Assembly: GCF_964194155.1 (NCBI RefSeq)
Contig: NC_135904.1
Coordinates: 27,900,001-27,964,000 of the forward strand
Length of the DNA stretch: 64,000 bases
Source of the DNA: Cetorhinus maximus
Lineage: Eukaryota
Reading direction: 5' to 3'
Below, one piece after another: positions 62,292 to 64,000 of the stretch. Position 1 is the stretch's first letter, and every line of letters begins with the position of its first letter. The notes below the pieces were generated by a model. The model was not told where the DNA came from, ran no database searches, and saw nothing but the letters and a program-made list of their open reading frames with translations. The position numbers and the translations under genes are program-made.

Positions 62292-62666
62292 GGGGGAGGC
62301 GATGGCGTAGTGGTGTTGTCACTGGACTGGTAATTCAAAGACCCAGGGTAATGCTCTGGGGTCTGGGGTTCAAATCCCATCACTGCAAATGGTGAAATTT
62401 GAATTAAATAAACATATGGAATTTAAAAAGTCTAATGATGACCATGAAACCATTGCCAATTGTCGTAAAAGCCCATCTGGATTCACTAATGTCCTTGAAG
62501 GAAGGAAATCTCCTATCCTTACCTGGTCTGGCCTACACATGACTCCAGATCCACAGCAATGTGGTTGACTCTTAAATGCCCTCTGAACAAGGGCAATTAG
62601 GGATGGGCAATAAAAAATGCTGGCCTAGCCAACGCCACCCACATCGCATAAATGAATTTTTAAAAA
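62292..62666 (+). mobile_element. Full-length tRNA-derived SINE family B with LINE-B 3' tail
   Basis: A box tggcgtagtgg, B box ggttcaaatccc, central domain, and tail aagggcaattagggatgggcaataaa..tgctggcctagcc...aatgaattttt shared with LINE-B. Confidence 0.9.
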
Positions 62667-62751
62667 TGACTCCCATCTGACAGCACTATAAATTTATCCT
62701 CCTGTTTAATGATTATTGTGGTAACTATGGTTTTATCTGATGTAAGAGGAA

Positions 62752-63720
62752 TGTTATGATATTGTGTAACCAATAGCGGAGCAGCGCTGGCCAAATAGTG
62801 TCAGTGTTGCTCTCTGCTCTTCTGACATGTGGAATGTTTCTCTATTTGTGACATTGCTATTCTAGCGTTGGTAGTTAGTTGGAAGTCAGTGGTCTGCCAA
62901 GTGAGCAGCAGAAGTTTGTAGGTAGCGTTTGGTGTAGAAGCACACATGTGTAGCTGCTGAGTACCTTGTAAATAAACAGAATGTATACCACCTAAGAAGT
63001 GTCCGCAGAACTACTCTATCTAAAGTACCAACTCGGTCACCTCGCAACAGGCGTGCAAGTGGGACTCACAAGTCACAACAGTTATCCAAAGCACTGTGGG
63101 ATACAACTGTTGCCATCCATAATTTCACCACAATAACCAGTTGTGTACAAACAGGAAATCCTGATTTGTGCCGGCTCCAATCTCTTCACTAAATGGAAAG
63201 CATCAGAGGAATTACAACCTTCTGCTCCTCCCTTCATATTACTACACTGGGACAAACGTGTCCCTGTGACATGACCAAACAACCAATCCAAGAACTCAAA
63301 GACAGAAGCGAGCGAGGTTCCAGGCCTCTGGCAACTGCAAGCTCAACAGACAATTCAGCGATACTGAAGAGTCAGGGCCTCCGAGTTATATCTTCACCCA
63401 TTTCCTCACTGCACAACTCGGCCTCAAGAGGCATTCTTTGCTGCTTAGGCCCCATTTAGTCAGTGAGTCACCCTCCCAATCTTCCACACATCGCTACCCC
63501 TTCACTTGGATGTGCTTCACACCTCATGCAGGTTAATTCATCGAATCGCCGAATCTTGGCTTTCAGAGAATTTGCTTCATTTGGGATTTGGTTCTTGGCA
63601 AAGAATTATCTCTAAATCAGCTGAGATCCGCTGTGGGAGCACTGGCCAAATAGTGTCAGCATTGCTCTCTGCTCTTCTGACATGTGGAATGTTTCTCAAT
63701 TTGCGACATTGCTATTCTGA
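62752..63720 (+). mobile_element. Gypsy-like LTR remnant: LTR 62752-63080, decayed internal 3' region, partial second LTR copy 63641-63718
   Basis: Purine run aagaggaa, then TGTT...AACA termini with AATAAA (~62971); ~78-bp direct repeat ctggccaaatagtgtcag..ttgctctctgctcttctgacatgtggaatg at ~62787 and ~63642. Confidence 0.55.
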
Positions 63721-64000
63721 ACTGAAGTTCTTCTCGTATCTTGCGAGAGAAAGGTGGCTTCCTACTCCTGAAAATAAAAATCTAAATAGGGTGGAAGTGT
63801 AAAGGATTCACCAATCACATTCTGTGAGTCTCTAGTCTCAGTGGGACAAGAGCTGATTTATGAACATAAGCATCCAGTGTTCTAAGAAGCTCAAAAGGAG
63901 TCAGGAGCGAGTGTAAGTTCTAACCAAGTCTTAGATCGCAGTTCCTTCTGCCTTATGCATGCCTTACCTTTCCAATATCTAACTCTTTCCCTTTTACTGT

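Overview
Vertebrate nuclear DNA, not prokaryotic. The repeat complement points to a cartilaginous fish, probably a shark (inference): abundant HER1/CR1-type LINEs, Deu-domain SINEs of the SacSINE1/AmnSINE1 type, Penelope, Harbinger and Gypsy remnants. Most ORFs in the supplied track are decayed transposon fragments or low-complexity artefacts. The only host-gene sequence I recognise with confidence is an intronless, frameshifted NDUFA13 (GRIM-19) retrocopy at ~6746-7331, nested in a CR1 LINE. Several GT-AG-bounded, phase-compatible candidate exons on the minus strand, plus an 82-codon candidate terminal exon at 9085-9335, may belong to an unidentified gene; this is unproven. The most notable structural signal is four minimal type-I hammerhead-ribozyme-like motifs in Penelope-like termini. 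One of them lies in a 161-bp non-coding insertion with a 15-bp target-site duplication and a 29-bp inverted repeat. Also present: Harbinger deletion derivatives (HARBI1-like and Myb/SANT remnants) with related MITEs, a SINE sharing its 3' tail with a second LINE family, a 26-bp minisatellite, local duplications, a templated insertion and a 136-N assembly gap. Repeat boundaries were read by eye and are approximate unless TIR/TSD coordinates are given.
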